Positions 47,746 to 59,300 of a stretch of 64,000 bases of DNA are shown piece after piece; position 1 is the stretch's first letter; each line of letters opens with the position of its first letter. The notes below the pieces were generated by a model. The model had not been told where the DNA came from, made no database searches, and saw only the letters and a program-made list of their open reading frames with translations. Origin of the DNA: an uncultured Chloroflexia bacterium (lineage in GTDB: Bacteria; Chloroflexota; Limnocylindria; Limnocylindrales; CSP1-4); contig CAVVNQ010000002.1 of the NCBI GenBank assembly GCA_963749705.1, positions 224,001 through 288,000 on the forward strand, read 5' to 3'. Both the position numbers and the translations under genes were made by a program.

Positions 47746-48413
47746 TCGTCCTCGGGATCGACCCCGGGACCGCCTCCCTCGGATACGGCATCGTCGAGCG
47801 AACCGGGGGCCGGCTGCGCGCCATCGACTACGGCACCCTGACCACCAGCCCCGACCTGCCGCTGCCCGCGCGGCTGGCACAGATCCACGCGGTCGTGGCC
47901 GAGCTGATCGAGACCCACCACCCGGACCTGGTGGGCGTCGAGCGCCTGTTCTTCTCGCGCAACGCCCAGACCGCGTTCGCCGTCGGGCAGGCGCGCGGCG
48001 TGGTCCTGCTGGCCGCCGCGCAGGCGGGGCTCGATGTGCGCGAAGCGACGCCCAGCGAGATCAAGCTCGGCGTCACCGGATACGGCAGCGCGGACAAGGG
48101 CCAGGTCGCGCGCATGGTCACCGTGATCCTGGAGCTGGCCGAGGTGCCCACCCCGGACGACACCTCCGACGCCCTCGCGACCGCGATCTGCATCGCCAAC
48201 CGCGAGCGTCCCGAGGCACGCGGCAACACGGTTGCCGGCAATGCCCGGGCGTCGATCCTGGACCGGGCGGCCGTGGATCCCATCGCGCGCGGGGAGACAC
48301 CATACGAGCGGGCGGTCCGCGAGGCTCTGGCACGCGACACCCGATCCGGCTCCGCGACGCGCGGGCGGACGGCCGGGACGCGCCGCGGCGGGCGCACCGA
48401 CGTGCGCGGGTGA
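47742..48413 (+). CDS. ruvC: Holliday junction resolvase RuvC
   Basis: LGIDPG, VERLFFSRN, QARGV, VTGYGSADK, PDDTSDALA. Confidence 0.96.
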   Translation: MIVLGIDPGTASLGYGIVERTGGRLRAIDYGTLTTSPDLPLPARLAQIHAVVAELIETHHPDLVGVERLFFSRNAQTAFAVGQARGVVLLAAAQAGLDVREATPSEIKLGVTGYGSADKGQVARMVTVILELAEVPTPDDTSDALATAICIANRERPEARGNTVAGNARASILDRAAVDPIARGETPYERAVREALARDTRSGSATRGRTAGTRRGGRTDVRG

Positions 48414-49003
48414 TCGCCTCGGTCGAGGGCGTGGTCGGCGCGATCGCCGGTGACTCGCTCGTCATCGAGGTCGGCGGCATCGGCTACCGGGTGTTCACCG
48501 CGCCATCGGTCATCGCCGGCGCCACGCCTGGCGCCCGGCTCAGGCTCCACACGTACCACCTGGTGCGCGAGGACCAGCAGGCGCTGTTCGGGTTCCGGAC
48601 GTCCGAGGAGCTGGGCTTCTTCAACCTGCTGCTGACGGTCACCGGCGTCGGTCCCAAGGTCGCCCTCGCGATCGTCGGCTCGCGCGCGACCGCGGACCTC
48701 CAGCTGGCCATCCTCCAGCAGGACCAGGCCGTGCTGGTGTCGATCCCGGGGATCGGCAAGAAGCTGGCCGAGCGGATCATCTTCGAGCTCAAGGAGAAGG
48801 TGTCCGCGGCGGGCATCGCGGCGGGTACCTCGGCGGCGATGTCGACCGCGTCCGAGGGCGAGGTCGTGGCGGCGCTCCAGGCGCTCGGCTACTCGCTGGG
48901 CGAGGCGCGCGAGGCGTCGCGGCTGGCGGTCAGCGACGCGTCGGTCGGCGCCGGGCTCGAGGAGCGGGTCAAGGCGGCCCTGCGGACGCTCCTCCGCGAC
49001 TGA
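48410..49003 (+). CDS. ruvA: Holliday junction branch migration protein RuvA
   Basis: EVGGIGY, VRED..LFGF, VTGVGPKVA, IPGIGKKLAERII, ALQALGY. Confidence 0.97.
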   Translation: MIASVEGVVGAIAGDSLVIEVGGIGYRVFTAPSVIAGATPGARLRLHTYHLVREDQQALFGFRTSEELGFFNLLLTVTGVGPKVALAIVGSRATADLQLAILQQDQAVLVSIPGIGKKLAERIIFELKEKVSAAGIAAGTSAAMSTASEGEVVAALQALGYSLGEAREASRLAVSDASVGAGLEERVKAALRTLLRD

Positions 49004-49034
49004 CAGCAGCCCGGGGTCCGGGCCGCCCCGCTCG

Positions 49035-51068
<2,034 letters not shown>

Positions 51069-51117
51069 GGGCTGATCATGCCATCGGCGAGCACGGCCGG
51101 CTGCCGCGGATCAGCGT

Positions 51118-51155
51118 AGAACATCTGTACCAATTGGCCGCGATCCTGCTAGACT
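51118..51155 (+). promoter_or_regulatory. Candidate LexA (SOS) box and leaderless promoter of ruvB
   Basis: AGAAC-ATCT-GTAC at 51118-51130 (GAAC-N4-GTTC type, one mismatch). TGC-TAGACT -10 lies 7 nt before the ATG. Confidence 0.65.
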
Positions 51156-51162
51156 GCCCGCG

Positions 51163-52236
51163 ATGACCGATGACCCCATGAGCCTGCTCGCGGCCAGCGC
51201 CGCCGACCTCGGCGAGCTCGCGGTCGAGGGCTCGCTGCGACCGCGCACGCTTGACGAGTACATCGGCCAGCGGGAGGTCAAGGCGAGCCTCTCGGTCCTG
51301 CTCCAGGCGGCCAAGGGCAGGGGAGAGGCGGCGGACCACGTCCTGCTCTACGGACCGCCCGGGCTGGGCAAGACCACGCTCGCGACGATCATCGCGCGGG
51401 AGCTCGGCGTCAACGTCCGGTACACGAGCGGGCCGGCGGTGGAGCGAGCGGGTGACCTGGCCGCGATCCTGACGGCGCTGGACGAGCGGGACGTCCTGTT
51501 CATCGACGAGATCCACCGCCTCAACCGCGCGGTGGAGGAGATCCTGTACCCGGCGATGGAGGACTTCGCCCTGGACGTGATGATCGGCAAGGGACCCAGC
51601 GCGCGAAGCCTCCGGCTGAGCCTCAAGCCGTTCACGGTCGTCGGGGCGACCACGCGCGCCGGCCGGATCAGCAGCCCGCTCCGGGACCGGTTCGGCATGA
51701 CGTACCGGCTCGACTTCTACGCCGAGGACGACCTGACCGCGATCGTCCGCCGGTCGGCCGGGATCCTGGGGGTGGAGGTGGACGCGGACGCCGCGCGGCT
51801 CATCGCGAAGCGCGGTCGCGGGACGCCCCGGATCGTCAACCGGCTGCTGCGCCGGGTGCGGGACCACGCCGAGGTCAACGGCGATGGACGGGTCCACGAG
51901 CAGGCCGTCGCCGAGGCGATGACGATCCTGGACATCGACGAGCTGGGGCTGGACACGACGGACCGCAAGCTGCTCGCCGCGATCGTCCAGAAGTTCCAGT
52001 CGGGGCCCGTCGGGGTCCAGGCGCTGGCCGCGGTGCTGGCCGAGGAGCCGGAGACGATCGAGGACGTGTACGAGCCGTTCCTGCTCCGGCTCGGCTTCCT
52101 GGACCGGACGCCGCAGGGGCGGATCGCCACCGAGGCGGCCAGGACGCACCTGGCGTCGCTGGGGTTCGAGATCCCGCCGCCGCGTCGCGCCGAGCCGGAC
52201 ATGCCGCCGCTGTGGGACGACGTTCCCACCAGGTGA
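51163..52236 (+). CDS. ruvB: Holliday junction branch migration helicase RuvB
   Basis: [51 protein letters not shown]. Confidence 0.98.
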   Translation: MTDDPMSLLAASAADLGELAVEGSLRPRTLDEYIGQREVKASLSVLLQAAKGRGEAADHVLLYGPPGLGKTTLATIIARELGVNVRYTSGPAVERAGDLAAILTALDERDVLFIDEIHRLNRAVEEILYPAMEDFALDVMIGKGPSARSLRLSLKPFTVVGATTRAGRISSPLRDRFGMTYRLDFYAEDDLTAIVRRSAGILGVEVDADAARLIAKRGRGTPRIVNRLLRRVRDHAEVNGDGRVHEQAVAEAMTILDIDELGLDTTDRKLLAAIVQKFQSGPVGVQALAAVLAEEPETIEDVYEPFLLRLGFLDRTPQGRIATEAARTHLASLGFEIPPPRRAEPDMPPLWDDVPTR

Positions 52237-53393
52237 CCGCCGCCGCCAGCTTCGAGGTCCTCGTCCCGCCGCCCGCGGATGGTTCGACGCGCGCCCGGCT
52301 TGGGCGCCTGACGCTGGCGCACGGCGTCGTCGATACCCCGCAGTTCATGCCCGTCGGCACCAACGCGACCGTCAAGGCGCTCCACCCGGACGAGGTCGCC
52401 GCGGCCGGCGCGACGATCCTCCTGGCCAACACCTACCACCTGTACCTGCGTCCCGGGCACGAGCGGATCGAGCAGCTCGGCGGCCTCCACGGGTTCATGG
52501 GCTGGGACCTCCCCATCCTCACCGATTCGGGCGGCTACCAGGTGGTCTCGCTGGGTGACCTGCGCGTGGTCGACGATGACGGGGTGACGTTCAAGAGCCA
52601 CCTCGACGGGTCGACCCACCGGTTCACGCCCGAGCACTCGATCGCGGTCCAGCAGGCCCTCGGCCCGGACATCGCCGTCGCCTTCGACCAGCCGGTGTTC
52701 CCCAGCTCGCCGCGCGCCGTCGTCGTCGATGCGATGCGCCGGACGCATCGCTGGGCGGAGCGGTCGCTGGCAGCACACAGCCGACCGGACCAGGCGCTGT
52801 TCGGCATCGTCCAGGGCGGGCTGGATCCCGAGCTCCGCGCCGAGTCCGCCGCGTTCATCTCGGGCCTCCCGTTCGACGGCATCAACATCGGCGGGCTGGC
52901 CGGCGACGAGACACCGGACGAGCGCAACCTGACGCTGGACGCGACGGTGCCGCTGCTCGACGGTGATCCCCGGCCGCGCTACCTCATGGGCCTGGGCTCG
53001 CCGACGGACCTGCTCGAGGCCGTGCATCGCGGGATCGACCTGTTCGACTCGGTGCTCCCGGCGCGCGTCGCTCGCAACGGCCAGCTGTGGGTCCCGGGCG
53101 GACGCCTCAACCTCCGCAACGAGCAGTTCCGCGACGATCCGCGGCCGGTCCAGGAGGACTGTCCATGCCCCCTGTGCATCCGGTTCTCGCGTGCCTACCT
53201 GAGCCACCTGTTCCGGGCCCGGGAGCTGCTGGCGTACCGGCTGGCAACTTGTCACAACCTGACCTTCACCCTAGACTTCATGCACAGGATCCGGGCCGCG
53301 CTGCGCGCCGGAACGTTCCCCGTCGAGATGCCGATGCTGCGCGAACGCGCCGTTCGGATGAGTCGCGGGGAAGGCGCCGCGAAGCCCGCGTGA
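52233..53393 (+). CDS. tgt: tRNA-guanine transglycosylase
   Basis: [52 protein letters not shown], Zn site CPCPLC...HNL. Confidence 0.96.
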   Translation: MTAAASFEVLVPPPADGSTRARLGRLTLAHGVVDTPQFMPVGTNATVKALHPDEVAAAGATILLANTYHLYLRPGHERIEQLGGLHGFMGWDLPILTDSGGYQVVSLGDLRVVDDDGVTFKSHLDGSTHRFTPEHSIAVQQALGPDIAVAFDQPVFPSSPRAVVVDAMRRTHRWAERSLAAHSRPDQALFGIVQGGLDPELRAESAAFISGLPFDGINIGGLAGDETPDERNLTLDATVPLLDGDPRPRYLMGLGSPTDLLEAVHRGIDLFDSVLPARVARNGQLWVPGGRLNLRNEQFRDDPRPVQEDCPCPLCIRFSRAYLSHLFRARELLAYRLATCHNLTFTLDFMHRIRAALRAGTFPVEMPMLRERAVRMSRGEGAAKPA

Positions 53394-53432
53394 AGTCAGT
53401 GTCCGTATCGTCAGTGCACGTGGAGGCGAGCG

Positions 53433-53594
53433 ATGGGTTCACGAGACCGCCCCGCGAAGGAAGTCAAGAAGAAGCCCAAGGACAAGTCCGCCCAGGCCAA
53501 GCTCACGCCGTTGTCGGAGGCGCCACAGCAGGTGGAGGTCATCCGGAAGCAGCGCAAGCCGCGGTGGGACGAGCAGGAGTCCGGCGAGGGCTGA
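53433..53594 (+). CDS. Small Lys-rich hypothetical protein (53 aa), [53 protein letters not shown]
   Basis: GGAGG SD at 53422-53426, TATCGT -10 at 53406-53411, mostly G/C third codon positions. Below the ORF-track length cutoff. Confidence 0.75.
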   Translation: MGSRDRPAKEVKKKPKDKSAQAKLTPLSEAPQQVEVIRKQRKPRWDEQESGEG

Positions 53595-53664
53595 CGCGCC
53601 GGGCGGGCGGGGACCGGGTCCCGCTCCCTCGGGTCGGCTCAAGCCGCCAGGAGCGAGGACAGGG

Positions 53665-54732
<1,068 letters not shown>

Positions 54733-54740
54733 GCCGCACG

Positions 54741-55343
54741 GTGAGCGAGGACGCCGGTCGCCGGTTCGGGTCGACGCGTCCCCGCAAGCCTTCCATCGCC
54801 GAGCGGCGTGCTCGGCGGGCGGCCGTCGACGACGTCGGCGAGGTGCTCGATGCGGCGGCCCGGTTCCTCGAGGCGCGGCCCCGGTCGACCGCCGAGGTTC
54901 GCCGCCGCCTGACGACCGCCGGGTATCGGGGCGAGCTCGTGGACGCGGCGATCGTGCGCCTGACCGAGCTCGGCTATCTCGATGACGCGGCGTTCGCCCA
55001 GGCGTGGGTCGAATCGCGGGATCGGGCGCATCCGCGCGGGGAGCACGCGCTGCGCCAGGAGCTGCGGCTCAAGGGCGTCGACCGAGGGCTGATCGATGGC
55101 GTCCTCGGGGAGCGGCAGCGGCGCACGGAGCAGGATCCCGAGCAACCGTCCGCGGATGCGGCGGCGGCGGCGGAGCTGCTCCAGCGAAATGCGCGGTCGC
55201 TCGGCCGGGTCGCGGACCCCCGCCGTCGGCGCCAGCGCGCGTACGCCCTCCTGGCGCGACATGGGTTCGACCCAACTGTCGCGTCCGAGGCGAGCCGGCG
55301 GCTCGCAGCGCCCCCCGACGGCGACGAAGCCGCGGACGAGTAG
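54741..55343 (+). CDS. recX: Regulatory protein RecX
   Basis: RPRSTAEVRRRL, GYLDDAAFA, LRQELRLKGV, LLARHGF. Directly downstream of recA. Confidence 0.92.
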   Translation: MSEDAGRRFGSTRPRKPSIAERRARRAAVDDVGEVLDAAARFLEARPRSTAEVRRRLTTAGYRGELVDAAIVRLTELGYLDDAAFAQAWVESRDRAHPRGEHALRQELRLKGVDRGLIDGVLGERQRRTEQDPEQPSADAAAAAELLQRNARSLGRVADPRRRRQRAYALLARHGFDPTVASEASRRLAAPPDGDEAADE

Positions 55344-55484
55344 CCGCCTCCCGGGGGGTAGCGCCGGCCGGCGATGGCCGCTTCGTTGGCCGCGTCGCGG
55401 GCCGCACGGGCCCATCACCGCCCGGGCCGGGTGGACGCGGGCGCGATCGCCGTCAGGCGTCAGGATCGCGGGGCGCACGGCGCG

Positions 55485-55599
55485 TTGATGCTCCGGGGAC
55501 ATCAAACGGGCGCGTGTGGCCCTGGAATTGGCCGTCTTGATGCCTGCCGGGCATCAATGAGACCGAGAGAGGCCGATCCTGATGCCGCAGAGGCGTCAG
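55485..55599. repeat. Three equal-length palindromes, YTGATG-N9-CRTCAR
   Basis: TTGATG-CTCCGGGGA-CATCAA (55485), TTGATG-CCTGCCGGG-CATCAA (55537), CTGATG-CCGCAGAGG-CGTCAG (55579). Confidence 0.75.
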
Positions 55600-55755
55600 G
55601 CGGGTGGTCGAAGAGCACGATCGAGAGGTCGAGCCGGGCAGCGCAGGGCCCCCGGTGTCCAACGCTGACGCAACGGACCGGTACGTGCGCGTCGGGCGGT
55701 ACGTGTCGACGGCAGGTTGCGAGCCGGTTCCGGGGTGACGATGTAGGCTACGAGC

Positions 55756-55900
55756 ACAACCGGACGTGGACCTGCGGGCTGCGTCCGGGCGAGCCGCGTG
55801 ATCCGGAGGTGGGCGAGGGAGCGTCAGCCCCTCGTTCGCATAGCCCAAGCGACTCCGGACCGCCCGTCGCCCGATACCGATTCGACAACGCCTCCGGCCC
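55756..55900 (+). ncRNA. Candidate structured RNA upstream of rny (6S-like rod or rny leader)
   Basis: Starts after TAGGCT (55744-55749). Nested stems CGGGCGA/TCGCCCG, TCCGGAG/CTCCGGA and GGGCGAGGG/CCCTCGTTC, with a closing CCGGA/TCCGG around an internal bubble. Folded by eye only. Confidence 0.35.
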
Positions 55901-55930
55901 ATCAGCCCGGCCGGGGGGGAGGAACTGAAG

Positions 55931-57460
55931 ATGGAACCAATCGTCGTCGCAGGCGCGGCCATCATTGCCGCTGCCGTCGGCGCCGCCGTGGGGTTCGTCG
56001 CCCGCGGCATCCTGGCAAGCCAGACGATCAAGTCTGCGCAGGACAAGGCCGCCCGCATCGTGGCCGAGGCGCGGACTCAGCAGAAGGACATGATCCTCGA
56101 GGCGAAGGACGAGAAGCTTCGGCTCGGGCGCGAGGCCGAGCAGGAGGCGCGCGCGAAGCGCAGCGAGCTCCAGAACCTCGAGCGGCGGCTGTTGTCCCGC
56201 GACGAGCAGCTCGACCAGCGGGCCGACCTGCTCGAGGAGAAGAGCCGCAAGATCAACGACCGCGAGCGGGACCTCGAGCACGAGCGCGACGAGCTCGCCC
56301 GGCTCAACGCCGAGCGCGTCGCCGCCCTCGAACGCGTGTCCGGGATGTCCGCGGACGACGCCAAGGCGATCCTGCTCGATGCCATCCGCGACGAGGCCGA
56401 GCACGACGCGGTCAAGCTGTCCCGGGCGATCGAGCGCCAGGCACGCGACGAGGCCCAGGACAAGGCCCGCGAGATCATCGTGACCGCCATGCAGCGGGTG
56501 GCCGCGGACCACACCGCCGAGCACACGGTCACGACCGTCCACCTGCCGAGCGACGAGATGAAGGGCCGGATCATCGGCCGCGAGGGACGCAACATCCGGG
56601 CGCTGGAGCAGGCGACGGGGGTCGACCTGATCATCGACGACACGCCCGAGACCGTCATCCTCTCCGGGTTCGACCCCGTTCGTCGCGAGACCGCCCGGCT
56701 GGCACTCACCAAGCTGATCGCCGACGGCCGGATCCACCCCGGACGGATCGAGGAGGTCGTCAACAAGGCACGCGCCGAGGTGGATCTCGTGATCCGCCAG
56801 GCCGGCGAGCAGGCTGCGTACGACGCGGGGGTCCCGGGCCTGCCCGCGGAGATGATCAAGCTTCTCGGCCGGCTCAAGTACCGGACCAGCTACGGCCAGA
56901 ACGTCCTCGTGCACTGCGTGGAGACGAGCCACCTTGCGGCGATCATCGCCGCCGAGCTCGGCGCCGATGTCCAGTCGGCCAAGATGGGCGGGCTGCTCCA
57001 CGACCTGGGCAAGGCCGTGGACCACGAGGTCGAGGGGCCGCATGCCGCCATCGGCGCATCGATCGCCCAGAAGCACAACCTGCCGTTCAAGGTGGTCAAC
57101 GGGATCGCGGCCCACCACCAGGAGGTGGAGTTCGCGTGCATCGAGGCGCCCATCGTCCAGGTGGCCGACGCGATCTCGGCGTCGCGACCGGGCGCGCGCG
57201 GCGAGACGATGCAGACGTACGTCAAGCGGCTGGAGGACCTCCAGGCGATCGCGGAGAGCTTCACCGGCGTGGATCGCTCGTTCGCCGTCCAGGCCGGTCG
57301 CGAGGTGCGGATCCTCGTCCGGCCGGAGGAGATCGACGACCTCAGCGCGGGCAGGCTCGCGCGCGACATCGTCAAGAAGATCGAGGACAGCCTGACCTAC
57401 CCGGGCCAGATCAAGGTCACCGTCATCCGCGAGACGCGCTCCGTCGAATACGCGAAGTAG
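55931..57460 (+). CDS. rny: Ribonuclease Y
   Basis: N-terminal TM, coiled coil, KH domain [15 protein letters not shown] domain [32 protein letters not shown]. Confidence 0.98.
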   Translation: MEPIVVAGAAIIAAAVGAAVGFVARGILASQTIKSAQDKAARIVAEARTQQKDMILEAKDEKLRLGREAEQEARAKRSELQNLERRLLSRDEQLDQRADLLEEKSRKINDRERDLEHERDELARLNAERVAALERVSGMSADDAKAILLDAIRDEAEHDAVKLSRAIERQARDEAQDKAREIIVTAMQRVAADHTAEHTVTTVHLPSDEMKGRIIGREGRNIRALEQATGVDLIIDDTPETVILSGFDPVRRETARLALTKLIADGRIHPGRIEEVVNKARAEVDLVIRQAGEQAAYDAGVPGLPAEMIKLLGRLKYRTSYGQNVLVHCVETSHLAAIIAAELGADVQSAKMGGLLHDLGKAVDHEVEGPHAAIGASIAQKHNLPFKVVNGIAAHHQEVEFACIEAPIVQVADAISASRPGARGETMQTYVKRLEDLQAIAESFTGVDRSFAVQAGREVRILVRPEEIDDLSAGRLARDIVKKIEDSLTYPGQIKVTVIRETRSVEYAK

Positions 57461-57474
57461 CGGGTGGATCACGC

Positions 57475-58338
57475 GTGACGCGCGACAGCGAGCGGGCCGG
57501 TCTGGGCAACCCGCCCAACGGGGATGCGCCGCGCCCGGCCGGCGCCTGCCGGGTCCTGCTGATCGGCGACGTGATCGGCAAGCCCGGGCGCGTCGCCCTG
57601 GAGCAGGTGCTCCGTGGCCTCCGCGACGAGCGCGGCATCGACTTCGTGACCGCCAACGGGGAGAACCTGGCCGGGGGCATGGGCCTCACCCCATCGACGG
57701 CCGAGGCACTGTTCGGCGCCGGGGTCGACGTCATCACGTCGGGCAACCACATCTGGGACAAGCGCGAGATCTACCCGTTCCTCGACACCAGCGAGCGCGT
57801 CCTGCGGCCGCTCAACTACGGGACGCACGACGTTCCCGGTCGGGGCTGGGGGATCTTCCAGGCCCTCGACGGCACCGAGCTGGCGGTGATCAACCTCCAG
57901 GGCCGGACGACGATGGTCCCCATCGACAACCCGTTCACCGATGCCGACCGCCTGCTCGACGAGGCCTCGGAGCCGCTGCCGCCGATCCGGATCGTCGACT
58001 TCCACTGCGAGCTGACATCCGAGAAGAACGCGCTCGGCCTGTACCTCGACGGGCGGGTGTCCGTCGTGGTCGGGACCCACACGCACGTGGTCACGGGCGA
58101 CGAGCGGATCCTGCCCAAGGGGACCGCATACCTGACGGACCTGGGGATGACCGGTCCGCTGTGGAGCGTCATCGGCTTCAACCCCGGGACCGTCCTGCCG
58201 CGGTTCGTCAATGCCCTGCCGACACGGTTCGAGGTCGGCGACGGCCCCGTGATCCTCAACGCGTGCCAGGTGGACATCGACCCGGCCACGGGTCGGGCGC
58301 TGCAGATCGAGCGGATCCAGCGCCTCGTCGAGGTCTGA
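57475..58338 (+). CDS. ymdB: YmdB-family metallophosphoesterase (TIGR00282)
   Basis: IGDVIGKPG, ANGEN, TSGNHIWD, VDFHCELTSEK, GTHTHV, TDLGMTG. Confidence 0.95.
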   Translation: MTRDSERAGLGNPPNGDAPRPAGACRVLLIGDVIGKPGRVALEQVLRGLRDERGIDFVTANGENLAGGMGLTPSTAEALFGAGVDVITSGNHIWDKREIYPFLDTSERVLRPLNYGTHDVPGRGWGIFQALDGTELAVINLQGRTTMVPIDNPFTDADRLLDEASEPLPPIRIVDFHCELTSEKNALGLYLDGRVSVVVGTHTHVVTGDERILPKGTAYLTDLGMTGPLWSVIGFNPGTVLPRFVNALPTRFEVGDGPVILNACQVDIDPATGRALQIERIQRLVEV

Positions 58339-58342
58339 GCCG

Positions 58343-59272
58343 GTGAGCGTTCGTCACCAGCCGCGCGCGGACGACGCGCCGACCGCCGCCGGCACGGCCA
58401 TCGCCGATGTCCACACGCATACCCTCCGCTCCGACGGCGTGCTCGAGCCATCGGAGCTCGTGCGGCAGGCGGCGGCCGCGGGCGTCCGGCTGTTCGCCAT
58501 TGCCGATCACGACAACCTCGCGGCGTACCGCGAGCTCGTGGCGCCGGGCGCGGACCCGCTGCCGGCCGGGATGGAGCTGGTGCCCGCGGTCGAGATCAAC
58601 TCGGTCACCGTCGGGCTCGAGCTCGACCTCCCCGACGGCGAGCTCCACGTGCTCGGGATCGGCGTGGACCCCGAGGACGATCGGTTCGAGGCGGCGCTGG
58701 CGACGCAGCGCGGCGCACGGAGGGTGCGGTTCCAGGCCACGGTCGACCGGCTGCGCGAGATCGGCTGTCCGGTGGATGCGCAGATCGCGGAGCTGGACCT
58801 CACCGGCGACGACGCGTTGGGTCGCCCCACGCTGGCCAGGGCGCTGATCGCCGCCGGGTTCGCGGACAGCGTCGAGGACGCGTTCCAGCGACTGATCGGC
58901 CACGGCATGCCCGGGTACGTGCCGCGCACCGGGCTGGGGCCGGTGGAGGCGATCCACGCCATCCGCGCTGCCGGCGGCCTCGTCTCGCTGGCCCATTTCG
59001 CCGAGGCGCCGCGCCGGGTGCCGCTCCTCCGCGAGCTCGCCGCCGAGGGTCTCAACGGTCTCGAGTCGCATCACCGCTCGTTCGATGCCGGAACGCGCGA
59101 CGCGGTGGGCGCGGTGGCTCGCGAGCTGCGGCTGGTCGAGACCGGGGGGACGGACTACCACGGCGATCTTGGCCCCTACGCCGAGGTCCACGCCGAGCTC
59201 GTGATGCCGGACGCGCTGGTCGCCGGGATGCGCGAGGCGCTGCGCCGGACCAGTGGGGCGCGGCTGCGCTGA
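58343..59272 (+). CDS. PHP-domain protein (YciV/TrpH-like)
   Basis: DVHTHTLRSDG, AIADHD, AVEIN, LHVLG, GRPTLARAL, LAH, TGGTDYHG. Confidence 0.9.
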   Translation: MSVRHQPRADDAPTAAGTAIADVHTHTLRSDGVLEPSELVRQAAAAGVRLFAIADHDNLAAYRELVAPGADPLPAGMELVPAVEINSVTVGLELDLPDGELHVLGIGVDPEDDRFEAALATQRGARRVRFQATVDRLREIGCPVDAQIAELDLTGDDALGRPTLARALIAAGFADSVEDAFQRLIGHGMPGYVPRTGLGPVEAIHAIRAAGGLVSLAHFAEAPRRVPLLRELAAEGLNGLESHHRSFDAGTRDAVGAVARELRLVETGGTDYHGDLGPYAEVHAELVMPDALVAGMREALRRTSGARLR

Positions 59273-59300
59273 GCGGACAGGCCGTACCATCAGGCGTGTC

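Noticed and set aside
53342-53356. LexA box upstream of recA (CGAAC-GCGCC-GTTCG)
   Set aside because: The spacer is 5 nt instead of 4, and the site lies inside the tgt coding end about 50 nt before the candidate -10.
55485-55599. Mini-CRISPR or hammerhead ribozyme in the TGATG hairpin array
   Set aside because: The central 9 nt vary between copies, the gaps are 31 and 21 nt, and the hammerhead core CUGANGA...GAAA is absent.
55374-55928. 184-aa ORF filling the recX-rny gap
   Set aside because: No convincing SD or leaderless promoter, atypical codon pattern and no protein-like features. Dense inverted repeats suggest a non-coding role.
58343-59272. PHP protein as the missing histidinol-phosphate phosphatase
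   Set aside because: Motifs such as GRPTLARAL and the helical insertion fit the YciV/TrpH subfamily better than HisK/HisJ, and the gene is unlinked to the his operon.
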